From contig CAWIAD010000002.1 of NCBI GenBank assembly GCA_963833985.1, forward strand, positions 1,856,001-1,920,000: 64,000 nucleotides of DNA, read 5' to 3'. The position numbers were made by a program, and so were the translations under genes. Each line of letters starts with the position of its first letter. Within the stretch, counting starts at the first letter, position 1. Shown here one piece after another: positions 61,641-64,000 of this stretch. The stretch comes from an uncultured Planctomycetaceae bacterium (GTDB taxonomy: Bacteria; Planctomycetota; Planctomycetia; Isosphaerales; Isosphaeraceae). The notes under the pieces were generated by a model, which saw only the letters and a list, made by a program, of their open reading frames with translations, had not been told where the DNA came from and made no database searches.

Positions 61641-64000
61641 TCACCGCGCCTCTCCGGCCTGAGGCAGTGTGCTCTGGCCGAGCGCTGGTGAGGGCAAGTC
61701 CGTCTCCCAGATCCGGACCACACCGTCACCGGACACGGAAGCCAGGGAAGTACCGTCGGGACTGAACGCCACGCCATGAACGCGTGCGCGGTGGCCGTGC
61801 AAGGCCAGGACTTCCTGTCCACCCTTCAGGTTCCAGAGACGAACGGTGCCATCTCCGCTCGCCGAGGCCAGGCGTGCTCCGCCCGGGTGAAACGCCAGGT
61901 CGAAGACCCAGTTGACGTGGCCCGTCAGGGTCTCGACCACCCGGCCCTCGGGCAGCTCCCGGATCTCGATCCGACCGTCTGTGCCCGCAGCCGCGACAAG
62001 CTGTCCACCGGGGCTGACGGCCAGTGCAAGCACCGGCGCCTGCGCGCTTCCAGGCTGCGTTCGAGGCGGCCTGTTTGGGGATCCCAGACCCGGATCATCC
62101 CGTCGTCTCCGGCGGAGACGAGCCGCGCACCGTCGGGTGTGAACCGGAGCGCATGAACCGAGCCAATATGTCCGGGAAGCGAATGCAAGGGCCGGCCTGT
62201 CCGGGCATCCCAGAGCCGCACGAGACGCGGTTGGTTGACCCCGCCCGACTCCTTCCCCCGTGGCTTCTGGAGCAGCCGGATCGGCTCGCCGCCTCCTGTT
62301 GCCAGCATCGACCCGTCGGGGCTGAATGCCAGGCTTGCGAACCCCCCCCGCTCGTCCTCCAGCGTCCGTTCCTCTCTCAAGGATCGGGCGTCCATCAGAT
62401 GCAGCCTGCGATCCCGGCCGATCGCGGCCAGCCATTGCCCGTCGGGGCTGAACTGAAAGGCGGTGAGCGGCTTGCTTCCGTCCAGGGGAGCCAGCCGCGC
62501 CCTGCCCGTGGCCAGATCCCAGATCACCAGGGCATGGTCGCTGTCGGGCGCGGCCAGCTCGGCCGCACCGGGACGATACGCCAGGCTGCCTGGACAGCCC
62601 GGCTCATCATCAGAGCGGCGTGCCGTGGCTTCGTGCTGACTGCTCAGCACGCGAACGCCCGGCTCGGCGGTCAGGTCCCAGACCTTCACCGTCCGGTCCT
62701 GGCTGACAGAGGCCAGCTTCTTGCCGTCGGGGCTGAAAATCACGCTGAAGACCGGCGCGGCATGGCCGGGAAAGGCTCTCAGGGGCCGGCCGGTCTCCGC
62801 GTCCCAGAGCCGCACCGAGCGGTCCAGGCTGGCCGTCGCGAGCGTCCTGCCGTCGGGGCTGAACGCAAGGCCGTCCACGCGATTGCCGAAGTCGCCGAAC
62901 CGCAGCAGTTCCCGGCCGGTCGAGAGGTCCCAGAGCCGCACCATGCGATCAGCCCCCGCGGATGCGAGCACGTGGCCTCGGGGATGGAAAGCCACACAGC
63001 GAACCGCCTGGACATGGCCCCGAAGAATCCGGTTTGCGGCAGGCGCCCCGGTCTGCAAGGGCCAGAGGCGGACGGTTCCGTCCTGTCCGGCCGACGCCAG
63101 CAGCGATCCCTGGGGGTGAAACGCAACCCCGAGCACAGGAGCCCTGTGGCCCTGCAAGACTCGCATGGGCCGATCCGTCTCGATCGCCTGGCCAGGTGAC
63201 AACGACCAGACCCGGACGGCACCGTCCTGTCCCGCCGAGGCCGCCATCCGGCAGTCCGCCGAGAAGCTGATCGCGCAGGCCCAGCCACGGTGGCCGCGGA
63301 AGACGTGCTCGAGCTTGCCTTCGGGGAGGCTCCATACGCGGACCAGGCCGCTGGCCTCGGCGCTGGCCATACGGGTTCCGGCCGGATCGAAGGCAAGACC
63401 GTACATCGTCCCTTCGTGGCCGGGAATCCGGCCGCCGGAGCTTTCCGGAGCCGTCTCCCAGAGCCGGAAGCCCCGGGGTTCGTTCGGGCATGTCAGCAAG
63501 CTGCCATCCGGCCGGAACGCGGCACCGCAAAGCGCTGCGTCGTGTCCGTGAATCGTTTGCAGCTCGGAATGAAACCGGCGGCGAAGATGGTGCCACTCCC
63601 ATTCCCGCAACCGTTCCGGGCAGCGCTCCAGCAGCTCGTCGGCAAGCGCCGGATCGTTGTTCTCCCACGCTCGCTGCGCTGCGATCAACTGCTTGAAGTA
63701 CGTCTCGTCCTGCATCTCGCCCAGTTGCGCCTCGACCCTGGCGCGCTGGTGGGTGGCCTGGTCGAGCGCCACGCCGGTCTGGACGACGTCGCTCTGGAGC
63801 CTCGCCGAGACGAGTTGACCGCGGATCGCCAGCGCCGTGGCCAGACTGAAGAGTCCGGCGAGCACGACGAGCGATGCCGCGGCAGGCCGGCGCCGCGCCG
63901 ACTTCAGCAGCCGGCGCACCGGCGTTGCGGGCCGCGCGTGGATTGGCAGGTCCCCGAGCCAGCGGTCGATGTCCGCGGCCAGTGCCTCGGCCGAGGCATA
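61641..64000 (-). CDS. Ser/Thr kinase with WD40 repeats (C-terminal part; kinase domain lies beyond the window end); frameshift near 62040
   Basis: YASAEALAADIDRWL kinase tail, TM, WEWHHL, many GH...AFSPDG...D.TVRLW repeats. Confidence 0.88.

Overview
High-GC bacterial chromosome segment, most likely a planctomycete (Isosphaeraceae-like). This is inferred from an LEHLDERCLLS (LEPR-xLL) leader on a subtilase, WD40/TPR Ser/Thr kinases and a YTV-like repeat protein. Housekeeping and metabolic genes include tdh-kbl, ilvD, cysE, kdsB, a GT9 heptosyltransferase, SDRs and ABC components, plus a glycogen-to-trehalose cluster (treZ, treY, glgX) beside a type IB topoisomerase. About 15 frameshifts break otherwise intact genes; those inspected are 1-2 nt deletions in homopolymers or GC dinucleotide runs and look like long-read errors. 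The most unusual locus is 3.28-4.64 kb. There a stand-alone IS200/IS605-type HUH (Y1) transposase with no tnpB sits among three copies of a 37-bp GTAG-hairpin (REP-like) element. Each copy is extended by a tandem array built from the element's own GTAGGTCGGG end, and one array has a constant-core/variable-spacer layout running up to the transposase ATG. Two IS4-family elements sit inside palindromic REP-like targets, one with a 20-bp target duplication. A 43.7-50.8 kb accessory patch holds an RHS remnant, a degenerate receiver domain and a kinase. At 55.9-58.6 kb a convergent pair of exported tandem-repeat proteins (13-aa KSYP repeat; two-armed 28-aa VPVT/YTV repeat) are candidate structural or adhesive proteins. 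No rRNA, tRNA or CRISPR-cas was recognised. All calls come from reading motifs by eye; no searches were run.
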